Assembly (NCBI GenBank): GCA_030704615.1
Contig: CM060731.1
Span: 63,984,001 to 64,048,000, forward strand
Direction of reading: 5' to 3'
Source of the DNA: Takakia lepidozioides
Taxonomy: Eukaryota > Plantae > Bryophyta
Length of the DNA: 64,000 bases
In this document: one piece after another, positions 31,222 through 50,775 of the stretch
Layout: each line of letters starts with the position of its first letter
How positions within the stretch are numbered: the stretch's first letter is position 1
Program-made: the position numbers and the translations under genes
Notes under the pieces: generated by a model
What the model was told of the DNA's origin: nothing
Seen by the model: the letters and a program-made list of their open reading frames with translations, nothing else
Database searches by the model: none

Positions 31222-32892
31222 TTGGCAGCTAAGAATGGCCAGTCACGCAGGGTGGAAGAATTGAGACACGCACAATGTTCTGTTGGGCATCAGACTGGCA
31301 GCAGGAGTAGCACTTCAACCATCATCACTGCTTTTGGAAGACGCCCAAGAGAGGGAAAAAACAAGAGCTCTCCTTGTGTTCATTGGGATGTGAGGACACT
31401 ATGTGAGAAGGGACGACTGAAACAAGCGCTGCTGATCTTGCAGCAACCAGGCATTCGGCCAGCCAGCAATACTTATGTCTGTCTCTTGCAGGGGTGCATC
31501 AACTTGAAAGCCCTGGCAGAGGGAAAGCAGGTTCATGCCCACATTATCCAAAGTGGATTCAAGCCAAATGTTTTTCTTGTCAACACCATTATCAGTATGT
31601 ATGCCAAGTGTGGCAGTATCACGGATGCACGCCAAGTGTTTGACAAAATGTCTGAACGAAATATGTTTACTTGGACTGTGATGATGGCAGGCTATGCCAA
31701 GCACGGCCATGCTGAGGATGCTTTCAAAATCTATGATCAATTGCAACAGGAAGGGGTGATGCTTGACAGGGTCACTTTTACTACTGTTCTGAACGCCTGC
31801 GCCAGCCTTGGAGCCCTAGAAAAAGGTAAGGAGGTTCATACTGATATTGGCAAGAGTGGAATTGTGCCAGACATCATTCTGGAGAATACCCTTGTCGACA
31901 TGTATGCCAAATGTGGGAGCATAGACGATGCGCGTGAAGTATTCAAGCATATGGCTAAACGAGATGTGATCTCATGGAACACGATGATTGCAGGATGTGC
32001 CCAACATGGGCGAGCTAGGGAAGTCCTCCAACTTTTTGAACAATTACGACAAGAAGGTTTGAAGCCTGATAGTATCACCTTCATTTCTGTACTCTCTGTA
32101 TGTAGCCATTCAGGCCTACTTGATGAAGGTCGTCACTACTTCAATTCCATTATTCGAGATCATAGCCTCACACCTACAGTGGAGCATGTTGGTTGCATGG
32201 TGGACCTTCTTGGCCGTGCGGGGTGTCTCCATGAGGCAGTGGACTTCATTAAAAAAATGCCATTTCAACCTAGTGTTGTTGCAGCATGGAAGGCTTTGCT
32301 CGGTGCCTGTAAAGTTCACGGTGATGTGCAGCTAGCAGAACGTGTGGCAAAATGCGTTCTTGAGTTGGATCCACAGAACACTGCAGCTTTTGTGCTGCTA
32401 TCAAATATCTATGCTGCAGCTGGGAGGTGGGATGATAAAGCAAAGGTGAGAAAAATGATGGATATCAGGGGGGTGAAAAAGGAGGCAGGGCGCAGCTGCA
32501 TTGAGGTCAACAACCAGGTGCATGGGTTTGTGGTCGAAGATAAATTGCACCCACAAATTAAGGAAATCCATGCTGAGTTGCGGAAATTATCTGGGCAGAT
32601 GAAGGAGGCAGGGTATGTCCCTGACACTCGGTGCGTATTGCTAGATGTCAAGAACGAGCAGAAGGAATTTTCCCTTTCCTACCACAGCGAGAAGTTGGCC
32701 ATTGGTTTTGGCCTTATTAGCACGGCCCCAGGGACACCCATTCGTGTCATCAAGAATCTTCGGGTCTGCGATGACTGCCACACTGCCACCAAGCTCATCT
32801 CAAAGATTGCTGGGCGGGAAATTGTTCTACGTGATACCAACCGATTTCACCACTTTAAAGATGGGGTTTGTTCGTGTGGGGATTATTGGTGA
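31222..32892 (+). CDS. PLS-E-DYW pentatricopeptide repeat protein (organellar C-to-U RNA editing factor); true start probably upstream
   Basis: PLS motifs, E domains, deaminase motifs HSEKLA and CDDCH, terminal CSCGDYW. The ORF is uninterrupted, but there is no in-frame ATG before the first PPR motifs. Confidence 0.95.
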   Translation: MAAKNGQSRRVEELRHAQCSVGHQTGSRSSTSTIITAFGRRPREGKNKSSPCVHWDVRTLCEKGRLKQALLILQQPGIRPASNTYVCLLQGCINLKALAEGKQVHAHIIQSGFKPNVFLVNTIISMYAKCGSITDARQVFDKMSERNMFTWTVMMAGYAKHGHAEDAFKIYDQLQQEGVMLDRVTFTTVLNACASLGALEKGKEVHTDIGKSGIVPDIILENTLVDMYAKCGSIDDAREVFKHMAKRDVISWNTMIAGCAQHGRAREVLQLFEQLRQEGLKPDSITFISVLSVCSHSGLLDEGRHYFNSIIRDHSLTPTVEHVGCMVDLLGRAGCLHEAVDFIKKMPFQPSVVAAWKALLGACKVHGDVQLAERVAKCVLELDPQNTAAFVLLSNIYAAAGRWDDKAKVRKMMDIRGVKKEAGRSCIEVNNQVHGFVVEDKLHPQIKEIHAELRKLSGQMKEAGYVPDTRCVLLDVKNEQKEFSLSYHSEKLAIGFGLISTAPGTPIRVIKNLRVCDDCHTATKLISKIAGREIVLRDTNRFHHFKDGVCSCGDYW

Positions 32893-34582
32893 AGCATCCA
32901 ACAGGTTTGGAAGGAAGAGTGCGGCTTCAAACGCAAGGGCAGAATTTTGTTCGGTGCAGTCAAAGTGTGTAAGCAAAGGTGAAGTTGAAAGAGGGAGTTG
33001 GTTTCAACAACTGTGAGTGTCAGTTACATTGTCAGCTCAGTTCAGTGAAGATTGTAAGATGACTCGGTAATGACCTGACAGCAAGGAAGCAGTCCATTAC
33101 TCTGGGCAGCCAAAGCAGGGAACAACAATTGGTGGAGCTACTTCTGGAGGCGGGTAAGTTCGATCAGTTTTCTTCTTTTCCAATAAATAGTCTGGTGGAG
33201 TGCATTGGCTGTAGCGCTTCTTCACCAGATAGGCTCATTTTTTATTGGGTTCTGATGAATGTGCTTAAACTGACTTTGCTCTGCTGAACAACCCCAAACA
33301 TTGTCTGTAATGCGTCAATTTTACAGTCATAATTACGGTTTTAATTCACTACTCTCACTAAAACTAAGTGTTTCCCTATGTGATGAGGGCAGGTCGCAAT
33401 CTGACGCTGTGCAACAACCCTGATGAGAGGGCCCTTGATGTGGCAGCCGGTGACATCAGATGCATCCTGATTCCTGTGAGAAATCTATGTAACCTCCACT
33501 ATGTTTGATGATCTTAAAAGTATTTAAATCCTGATATATTGTTGTCAACTTGGGGTTCTTGAGGATATGGATGCATTTCAATATGTGAAAAGTCAGCAAG
33601 AAATGGTCTTTACCCTAGCAAGTTTTGAAGGAAAATAAGGGTGGAATCTTGGACTTTCATATATACTGTCAGGAAGTCCCTTTTCATGAGCTTTGCTGGC
33701 ATATATTTATGGGTTGCCTTTGGTATGCATATAGAGGCTAACTAACTTTTGCAAGCTGTATTAGTGCGAATCTTTAATCCCAGCTCTATATAATGCACAG
33801 GGGATACTCTGCAGGAATGGTCAACATGCAGCTCTTTGCTCCTCCTTGGATTGATGTGTCTATGAAAATCGGGATACCCATGCCGATTATAACTTAACGG
33901 TGAGTTTGGAAAGCTATGTTGCTAAAGTCCTTACTCATCTCCCGCAACCTTTGTTCTCTGCTAGGGCTCCATTGGACAGAGGAGACGCACAGGAAGGATA
34001 TAAGTTGTGAATTGTTCCTATAGTTTGAGTAGCTGCAAGTAAGAGTATTGACGTTTGAAATTCTGATCGAGATTAGAGTTGCATGTGAGTGAAATTGTTC
34101 TTCTAGAGGGCGTGGCATGTTACTTCCCTCCCTCCTCTGGTTCCTCATCTTCCAGACTACCTTCCTGAGTGTCAAGCTCCAAGCTAGAAGAGAGTCAGCT
34201 GGCAAGGGCTCAATGAGAGAAGTCCTCCTCATGTTGTAATCAAAGTTCTGTGAAGTGTTGGAGGGAATGCATCTCAAGATCAGTGTTGAAACTGCACTGA
34301 ACAAGTTGGTTTGTCTAATGGGTTATTGCGGTCCTCTGTCGATGTTCAATCTGCTCAATCAATCATTCAAGGAAGTCCCATGCACTGAAGAGCATGATGT
34401 GTGAGATTGCATACTTCGTGAGGCGCTGTAGGTTATGAATCAGACCCATCCACAGTACCATGAATCTGCATGCGGGATCGAATGCTTGAGAGGATTTCAT
34501 AATTCATCAAGACTCAAACAAACTGAAATTCCAGCACACTGAATTGCAATCTCAGCTGATACAGGAAGACGTACGTACACGT

Positions 34583-35769
34583 ACTGGAAGAGTTCCTAGC
34601 TCTGGGTTTTGGCAGAGGATTTCAATGTCTCGAAGCTTTGGAAAGTAGAAGTCGCGCTCCTTCTCCAGACTATCCACTGATAGCTTTAGCTCGGTGACCT
34701 GCTTCCCGTACGGGTCTTCTTTTTTGGCCTTGTTCTGGGTACACACACCACCCACAGATGTGAATATAAGAAACAAATTGACAAGTTGTCTCTTCCTCCC
34801 ACTAGCACATTTTGTCTATCATCTTGTCCTCTCCCTTGAGATGGCCGGGTTGAGATACTAAACCCAATGTGTGAATAAGCAAATCTCAATGTTCTTCTTC
34901 TCTCCTCTAGTAACCTGTGCACACACATGTAGTGCTCATCAGTCTGCTTGTGTCCCTAAGATAATTACCAATGTTTCCAGTATTCGCTGTGTAGAAATAG
35001 AGAGAAAAGTGAGGAGTGGATGAAAGAGATTACCTGTTCATTGAGAGCCTGAACTTGTTTGGGAGGAGATGTAGGTACACTGGAAAGCTTGGTTGCCTTG
35101 GTGGTCACTGCAGTCCACCCCAACAGACGTTCAAGTCATTTTTAAGCAGACACATCCAATCAGCCTTCCCAGGACTGCCCAAGGATTGCAGGGGCTGGTT
35201 CACATAAAAGAAGACCTGAAACTGATGGATACTTTCGACTGAACTAATTTGCATGAAAAAATGGGAATGCATACTGTTTAAATGAGTGTTCTCAGTTCGT
35301 TGAGCTGACGATGAGCCATGACCACCAGGGGTGGCCCTCCATTTGATGAAGCCTTGGCAGTAGGAACACTGTGATTATTATTTGCGCTCATGAGTGCCTT
35401 CTTGTTTGCCTCTTTCCCTCCCTTGCAGGCCTCTCTTCTCTCTGTCCCATTGTCGCTGCAACTTGCCAGAATGAGGAGGGTGTACAAATACTTGAACTAG
35501 CATCCAAAATATGTAAAGAAAGAAGACAGGAGCAGGCCATTTCCCAGAAGCCATGACAGAACTATGTGGGTAGCCTGTAACCTACAAGGTTCCCCAACAG
35601 AGCACTGAAGAACCCACACATAAGCAACAAAAACAACACAGCAGCAGATGCACTTACTTGGGGTTTTGACATGGCCATCGTTGATGGAGTCGCAATAATT
35701 CTTCATCCACTGTACAAATTCCAAATTGGCCAATGGCCGGCCCTTCACCAGCTTGCTCACCTCAATATG
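34583..35769 (-). pseudogene. EB1: Microtubule end-binding EB1 gene fragment, apparently 5'-truncated
   Basis: [23 protein letters not shown]-x-YCDS (end of CH domain), [40 protein letters not shown]-terminal CH exons not found; conserved positions altered (D>A in RPLDNLEF, P in FYF-x-KLR). Confidence 0.7.
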
Positions 35770-36355
35770 CTGGGCGGGTAATCTAGAACCCACTGCCCAG
35801 CGTGGGCAAGGGCAAACTCATGGCTGTCGGAGGTGCCTAGCGCGTGCTTTCGAAAGTTTTTTGTTCTTGGATACAAAAGGGTAGCAAGCCGTTAGTTCAT
35901 ATCTTTTGGTCTTCCCGGCCAGCTCTATGCTTTCTTCTTCTTTTCTAAATCTCTAAATCTGGTCTTTTCACACACGCATCTACTTGCTCCATCTCCCTCT
36001 TTGGTCTTGGTTAGTTGAAGAAACCGGTGCCACCTTGTCGACCTTTTTATATCCTCTGGAGTGCAATAGGCAGGAGATCTCACCTGCGAGAGATTGTATG
36101 TTCTAAGGAGAAACGTCAGACCAGCAAGGACAGGAGGGAGAGGCCGCAGGGCGGTGAAGGACGGTGTAAGGAGGCACGAATCGAGCCTATCAAGTGCTGG
36201 GCATGTTTTAAGCTGCCCTGCTTAGACACATGTAACCTGGGTGGCAATTGGAACGTAGACTTGCAGCACAGGATTGACAGGACCAGGAAGTGAGACTGTA
36301 GTGTAATTATCAGCAGAGTGTCACTTGTTCTAAGTGCACAAATTGGTAGGGAGCA

Positions 36356-39610
<3,255 letters not shown>

Positions 39611-41009
39611 AGAGGTTTCAGCCTTTGAAGTAGAGAGGCTGTTCGCAGTATTCAACAATTTCTGGGTCTACTAGGCAATTAGCAAATAGGTATTCTGTTC
39701 TTAGCCCCAATTTTGAGCCCTCTGAGGCTATCATGAGAAGCATTAAATGTATTCCTAAGAAATTGCAAAACCTTCAATGAGATTGAAGCTGCTTTAGAAA
39801 TCTCTGATTTGCATCCAAGCACTTGCCACATGAGGCTCCTGTCAGATCATCATGCTTGAGTGGCCTCAGCCTTTTGAACACCCATCTGTTTCGCTATACT
39901 TTTTGTCAACTCATGAAAGGGGCCCAGGATGATACATCCCGGACACATCCCCAAATCATGATAAATCCAAACACCCAACACCTTTCTACACTGCGTTTTG
40001 CGAAGGAGTGAAGAGAAGAAGAGCATGTCCTGCACAGTCTCTGCAGAGACAGGGCAGGCAGAGTGATGGCAGATCTGGGTGAGGATATGTGCAGTGTGGG
40101 CCATGAAACTGCAGGTCTAAAGCGCTGCTCCCACGAGCGCTACAGAGCAGGACAAGCACAGATCCCGCACCCAAGATGGCAACCTGCCCACTGTCCCACT
40201 CACTTTCAACCCTCGCTTCACCCTGGGCCTTTTCACCATTATTTCCCATCATTTCCCACACGCAATGATGGATATGGCAGGATTGAGCCGAGGTGCACAA
40301 CATTTCACTGTTCTCATTCATTCACTCAGCTTGGGATGGTGACTGACTCTGCATTTGAGGAATCGAGAGTCGCGATGCTATGCACCTTACCCTGTCCAAC
40401 TTACTTTTTTTGTCGCTAGTGTCTAGTAGAGACATGCTCTATGATCTCTAAGGTCCAGAGCTTTTGCAGAGTGCCTAGTACTACTCATTCTTGTGCGGAA
40501 ACCAGTCAAATTACGCATTGATAGATGAAGTTCAAGACAACTGCTCAACCAGCATTTGTTGCTGGCCAGGATTTCAGCGGATACCCGATCTTGTGACAGT
40601 TTTTGCAAAGTGCTTGTATGTCTGCTGTGGTCCAAGGAAGAAATATGCAGCACCATCGAGCAGCCCCTGAATTTTCACTAGCTTGTATCTGCATGCTTGA
40701 TCCTGTGATGAACCTAGAAAAGCGACGGCATTTGCAGAACAGAGTCTTCTATGCTCTGCAAGAGGGCAGAGACCCAACTCAACCGATCCATGCCTAACAT
40801 TGTGCATCGATGCGATATACAGCCTCATATCTGTGAGCAACCAGCTTCCAACAGATAGCTCGCTGATTGGGAACTCTCCTGTGGAAATTTGGGAGAACAA
40901 CATCACATTTGCAAGGAGCTGGATCTCGCACTGACATCATCATCATTCATCTTTCTGCTGTATTGATGAGAATGCGCAACCGCAGATTGCACTCATAAAA
41001 CAACTTAGC

Positions 41010-41032
41010 CTCTCTCTCTCTCTCTCTCTCTC
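41010..41032. repeat. (CT)n microsatellite
   Basis: About 11 CT units, directly visible. Confidence 0.95.
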
Positions 41033-41711
41033 CACAAAATAGATCAGCAGCGCCGAGGGAAACGGCGAGACATGGCACTACCGTCCGGGGGCGGCAGTCG
41101 CCAGACGTACGGTGAAATACGGTGCGATGATGTCAGATCCAAAAGGGGTCATGATGACCGGTGATTGCCTGTCAAATCTACTTTTAGGATACGCTGCACA
41201 GTATGCGCCCACCGGTTGTTACCTGTCGCCCCCCAGATCGAGTCTATGCCACGTACACGTACCGGTGACATGCTAGCCGGCGAGGTTGATGAGCCGCACA
41301 TGGTGCCGTCTGCGAATGACGCTCGTCGTCGTCACCGTCACGGCTCGCAGATCTTGCAATGCGCTACGGAATGGTGAGATTCATGCGTGTGTGCGGGAAG
41401 ATTGAAGGTGCGGATTAGGGTTGGAGCTGTGCGGGTGGTTGAAGCAGCAGGTGATGATTGGAAGAAGCGCCGCCTCTTCGCTCAGATCGTCTCTTGCTTG
41501 TCTCGGACGTGGATCTGAGCAGCAACTGTGTACCTACCTGCTTTTCTGCCACTTATCTCTCGTGCATCCCTTGCCTCGCTACACTTGTATGTATCACAGC
41601 GGCTTGGCGTTTGTTTGTCCTGTATTTCCGCAGAATGTGGTTAATATTTTAGCCGTAGCCGTGTAGTTGCAAATTCTGATCCTGTTTTACTTATCAGGAA
41701 TCCTGAGCCTG

Positions 41712-41945
41712 TGACAAGATGGTTCTGAACATTATCGTTCCGATATTAGTGGCTGCAAAGACAATGACAAGATCTGAACATTATCGGTCCGATATTAGTG
41801 GCTGCAAAGACCATGACAAGATGGTTCTGAACATTATCGTTTCGATATCAGTGGCTGCAAAGACAATTACAAGTTGCAAATCCCGAGGAGCTGAATATTG
41901 TCGTTGAGATATTAGTGCTGCAAAGCAATGACAAGTTGAAAATCC
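41712..41945. repeat. Minisatellite of ~50-bp units (three clear copies plus degenerate ones)
   Basis: TGACAAGAT(GGT)TCTGAACATTATCG-x-T-x-CGATAT-x-AGTGGCTGCAAAGAC repeated head-to-tail. Confidence 0.85.
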
Positions 41946-42429
41946 CGAGGTCATGTGATGTTCAATCCTATCTTCTGGCGGCTTGGGACCTCGCTCACTG
42001 AGCCCGGAGATCAAGACCAGATGTATGAAGAAGGTAATGTTGAGATTTGGCAACGACAAATTGTGTTGTGAATATTTTAATCAACCTTTCTGATGATCGT
42101 CACATGAAAATAGTGTATTGATCATACAAAGCATATTTTACTCCAGAGATTTTACGTCAGAATTGGAAAAGGTGAAGTATTGCAGTTAGACTCTATAAGC
42201 TGTCGAGGTCAGTTGGGGTCGCTGGCAACTAGATATCAGTTTCACCTAACTTAGATCTGATTGGAGTAGCACTTCTGCCTAAACTGAGGATGCCACTGCA
42301 GGTCCGCGACACTTGCAGCGAGATTTTCCTAGTATTCAAAAACTCTCACAGCTAACTTTTGTGGGAGCAAAAAAAATTTTGATTGACATGTCAACGTCCA
42401 TCTTAATGTCAGTGGATTAGGATCTGGCT

Positions 42430-45392
<2,963 letters not shown>

Positions 45393-48300
45393 TCAGTCTC
45401 TTCAGACAATGTGGTGCCCTCTACGTTCTTAGTTAGCCTGATTCGACAATGGCTTGAACTTCTCTATCTGCATGAGCCCCGCCGTTATTTCCTCTCCTTT
45501 CACAAGGGCCCTCCCCTCCTTTCCGCCTCTTCTTTATCCGACTGGATAGTACTGGTCTCCATTCCCGCATTCTATACCTGAGATCACATGCAAGCCATTG
45601 GTTAGCTAGCTGCAGTTGGCAAGTGGAGAGGTCCAAGACCAATGATTCTGAAAGCGCAACTGAAGAATCCCCGGAAACTAATACCCCCTGGCATTACCAG
45701 AACGCATGCAAACATGTGATTTAACATGACTGCCGCACCTACTTTTGGGGCACCCAACACGGCTGCGCAGACTTCAGATTATGCTCCACACAAGTTCGCC
45801 ACTCTCCTTCAGAGAGCCCAATTCAAGATGCTTGCAAGCATCAAACTGCCAGGCTCTCTCACAGAAGATGTCCACAGAAGACCCAAGCACCAAACTACCA
45901 GCGAAGCGGCCTCCGAAAGGACCTGGCTTCCAAGAGGCACAGCGATTTGACAGCACTCACAAATCCAATCACCAAATCGCAAGCAAATCCAGCACACACC
46001 TTGTATTTCAACACTGCAACAGCGATGCATCACCCAGAAAGCGCGGATCGACCATAGCGGCTGCCCTTGCCACGTCCTCCGGTTACCAGTCACCACAGCG
46101 CCGACAACTTAGATAACCAGACAGAATGTTGTAAATATCTCACTCTCATCTCTCTCTTAATGAATGTCCAAGTTTCTGCTCTGCATCTTCTTCTTCTCCT
46201 TCCTCATCTGGATAAGCAAAGTTGGAGCCCATCCACATACCCTCAACCATTCAACTATCTCCATTTGTCCTCCACATCTTCTCATGAATCCCTCATGTCT
46301 TTGCTACTGACCAATCTGCCAAATGAATACTTCATGAGAGATGACTACACTTGTTGCTGAGTTGAAGCAATTATGTGCTGGTTCATGAACATGTGATATC
46401 TTTATTCTCTGTTCAACAAAGATTACAAATAGAGGGTTCCCCTGTACCAGTTTGTCATGCCAGGAATGAATCAGTCCACTAAATGTTTGATCTTTAAAAA
46501 ATTTTAAAAAAAAGTTTGATCTTAGAAAAAAGAAAAAACTATGATCTATGGCACCCTCCACAGATGGGCACCTTGACATCCATCCAGGGGTGTAGAGGAT
46601 AGGAAGAGGTGCCCAGAAGGTAATACACTGCATGAGGTGGGTGACTGGGACTGCCGGTCGGTCGTGTGACGTGTGTAATGATGATCATAGTTATGGAAGT
46701 CCATGACAATGATGAGCAACATGAGTCTGCAAAAGCTGCAGCACCCTCCTTCACACTCGTTCACCCACACTCACTGCCCACATTCACCTTCCTCAAGACC
46801 CCAACCATTTCCTTGCCATGGAGAGTAGAGCTTTTTTAGACACATTCAGGGAGTACTTACTACTTACATACTGAACCCAATTGAATTTCACCCATATGCC
46901 AAAATGCAGCTCTGGGGATTGAGAGTCAAGACTGTCATGGTTCTTGAGTTCTATTTGACAAGGGAGAAATGCAGCTGGTCCTTCCTCTTCTGATTTGGAT
47001 GTACTCAATGTTTACTTCTTTGTTACTAAGGACTGCCTCCTGCAGCTTCCCTGCATGGTAGTCCACCTTCTTTGTACAACTTTAAGGCTAATAGCCTGAG
47101 GACTACAAGCTTGAAACCTATGATTGTCTTACAATGAGGCTAAATAAGTTATGTACTGCAAAGGTCACCTCATTCCTATATATAGATCACAGATCATGTT
47201 CTAGAGAGCCCCAGCCATACCCTCATTGCCTTTATCATTTTTCCATGCCCAGCCCATCATCACCACTATCATTACCAAAGCAGATTTATCATGGCTGACT
47301 CCTCATTACAAAGATACCAACTGAAGTTGCTTTGCACTTTCCCCAATCGGCGGTTCCATTAGTGCCCAAATTAGTGGAGCAAAAGTAATGGGCAAGAGTG
47401 ATGGGCCATGAATGCCATGGTGGGTGCTACTAATTAGCACTATAAATGTATGATATGGTTATTACTGTCCCTCCAGGGTACACATTCAGTTATAGTAATG
47501 TGGGTTTTAACTATAATGATCTCCCATTCACTGGGTGCAAGTTAACAAGACTTAAGAGCTCTTTATGAAGTACAAGTTGAGTTGCCCATTTATGGTTTTC
47601 GTTAGAGAGACCACCAAACCCTCAGTAATTTCCCGGGACTTCAACCAAATCATCCATACTTAGTTATTGAAGCAAATGTGTAACGCCCCAGAGTACACAG
47701 TAGCAGTGTTGACAATGGACATGCTCCTCATTTCAACTCCTAATAAGCATGCAAGACTAAAACAAGTTGACACTCTGATGTGGTACCTCTAAAGGCCCTC
47801 TTCATCACTCTGCTCCTTTATTATTGCCGACTTGGTAGCAAACCTTCCACAAGCTTGCATATTTCTATTAAGGTTTCATTACATCGCTTTCAAGTTCCAA
47901 CATGGGCACACAAACCGAGTGATGTGCCTGTGGCCAAGATGTGAAGGTATGTGGGATGGTTGAAAGTTGAAACTCGGTGGAACATATTTAATGACTTCAT
48001 CAAAGGGAGCCGAGGAGTTGTAGTGATGGTAATCAATGTGTGAAAGGAAATGAAAGAACAAATTGTCAACCCCTTCCCTCTGGAGTCTGTAAGTAGTATG
48101 TGGGTTGATTGATGATGGCTTCATTTCCTTCCTCATATTTCGGAGTGACTGTGACTGTGACTGCGGTTTCAAGATATGTATATCATAATCCACCTTGAGA
48201 GGAAAGTCATTGAGCTTGTTTCTCTCTCTGAAAGGACTTGAATCAATGTCCTGTTGCTTTCTTGTTTGTCACTTTTCAGTGCACACATTTCATGTTGATC

Positions 48301-50775
48301 AGAGAAACAATATACTACAAACAATGAGTTACAATCATGGTTCAAAATACATCCAGGGACAGATTTGATTCGTTGAATTGAGCTCCAATTATCTCTGAGG
48401 ATCTTTTTTCATTCTATTCTATTGCATTGCATTCCAAGCCTTTTTGGTTATTCTCTGGGCCAGTGCTCTCGAGGTGCACTCTAACGTGCCTGGGCATGCA
48501 GAAGGTGGGTCCCTGAAACAGATGTGGGGGTTTTGAGTCTCCCTTTTCTGCGCTTCTCTCCAAATTTGTATAAAATCTGGAGCTCGCAGTTCGATGCATT
48601 GAAGTCAAGAATCTGGAGCCTGAAGTAAGGAGTAGAAGCTACAAATACCGCTTTTGGGTTCTGAATGGTGGGCCCTTTAGTGCAGTATCGATGAGCAGGT
48701 TGTGCAGGTTGTTGTTGTTGAGGCAAAATTGGACACACTCACAAAAGTGCCCGGTGATTGTTGGTAGGAGTGTGTGAACTGTGAAGAGGAAGGAGAAGAA
48801 ATGAAAGAAGAGATGACAAGCAGCAGCAGATAGGGAAGATAAGGAAGGGGGAGGACGCTCATCAGCAGGCGATGGTCTTTCCAGCACGTGCAAAAGGGCG
48901 AGGGCTGCCCCCACCCTCATTCCTGTGCCGTCTGGCCCTTGCGATGCCGACACTGCACGCTCCCCAACGGCCAACTCATGGCCTCATTATGTTGTGTACT
49001 ACATGCCAGGCCCTGCAGCCGTCTGTTGCACTGCCACCACCTTCTTCTCTCATGCTAACTTCTACCGGATTTGCTCGCACACATTGTAAGTAGCTAAGCA
49101 AATAGCCTTCAAGCTGCGGTGATGTCTCGACTCTCGAGAGATCATCGTACTTGGAAATACGAGGAAGGGCTTCCACTTACTTCCACTCACACTGCGTATG
49201 TAATCTATACAACTCTGCTCAAGCAAAGTGTACAACACTCCCATTATCCCAATACACTGACTGGCTCAGCATTGAATGAACATCTGCAGCTCAGCAGGCA
49301 ATGATTGAACATGGATGTTACCGAGTAATCATTACGCTTGATTGTGCTGTGGGTAAGAGATCTCCTCGAAAGAGGGTACTTGTCCAATATTCTACTCAAA
49401 TCATCACTCTCAGAATGGATCTGTCCTGCTACATGCGCATGAAGAGCGCTAAAATTCCCTCGATGCAAACCTCCGTTTCGGTAGTGCCAGCCGTCTCCTT
49501 CCCTCACCTTTCCTTTCCAATTCACATACTCAAAGAAAAATTTCGAGCCCATTGTGAGATTGCAACATAGACTGGTCATCATTTTGATGGCTGCTTGCAG
49601 TGTCTTTGAAGCTTCATATGGAGTTCCACTACTGGATGTGTGTAATATCACTCCTTGTTGAGTCTGCTTGTTCTATCCAAGGGGGATGCAAAAATTGTTG
49701 GTGATGCAGAATGCCACAAGTTCTTGTTTAGTCTGCTTGTTCTATCCAAATGGAAACTAATATTTCAAGGAAAGATTAGGATCCATGGATTTAGAGGTCA
49801 TCTTACAAACTGGGCCCTTGTAAGAGGATTCTTCATTTCAATCCATCAAGAACTGGTTCATCTTTCTACACTCATATGTTTCAGATCTAATATATGACAA
49901 ACTAATCCATCACATCAAAGTGGACTGCCCAAGTGGGTTCATGAAACAGTGCCTGTGCTCCTCGCAGCCTACACTCATGCCATTGTCTGCAGGCAACAGC
50001 GAGCATCGTCTTTGTGCACATAGTAACCCAATCATGTTGCTGTTCACTTCGTCACTAGTTACATGGACGACTGTGGAAGAAAAACAATGCATAATTGGTC
50101 AGTAAACTTCCAGAATGATGGAAGCTACTTTGGAACTGTGATACTATGCGAGTAAAGAGTGTGGACAACTATCCAGAGTTATTCACAACCTTGCAGTTGG
50201 CCATTCCACTTACCAAGGATTTAGTTTTTTCTCTTTCCCCTACATCACAGGGCTTTCCTTTAAGGGAATTGTTAGTGGGCTGTTGAGGGTATTACTGCAC
50301 AAATAGATATGTAGATGACAAGGAATGTGGTGTTGATGCACTATTTTGAAGTGAGCCAGGGGGAAGCTGTTGTATGCAGTTGTGAGGATGTAATGCAGGT
50401 GCACCTTGATGGGGCTCTTGACAGTGTGGCCACCCACCTTCTGACTGCAGGTGGATTCATTTTCTATTTGATTTGCAGCTAAACTATCTCTACTTGTGCC
50501 CTACAACTATATATTGTAGGAGACAGCTTTCTTACATGGGCGCCCTTCGAATCGCTAACGGGCTTTTAAATCACTCTGCCCTCAACTTTTTTATGGCACA
50601 TGTGCCTCACTAAGTAAACTAAGCAAACAGTGTCACGGCCCCAAGAGGACGTATAGAGATATGCACAACTCCTACATGACTTCTACACTCCTTCCGGCAT
50701 TCCATGCACATACATAACTGGCCACAAGTTTGATCAACTCACAAAACCTGGATGAACCAATAGATCAAAAGGAGG

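Noticed and set aside
31222-32892. U-to-C (DYW:KP-type) editing factor
   Set aside because: Canonical HSEKLA, CxDCH and terminal DYW fit the C-to-U type.
41712-41945. CRISPR-like array
   Set aside because: Units are contiguous with no unique spacers, there are no cas genes, and the context is eukaryotic; it is a minisatellite.
45400-50700. Short ORFs or conserved miRNA hairpins
   Set aside because: No recognisable protein motifs, and no match by eye to the conserved plant miRNAs I remember; a computational search was not possible.
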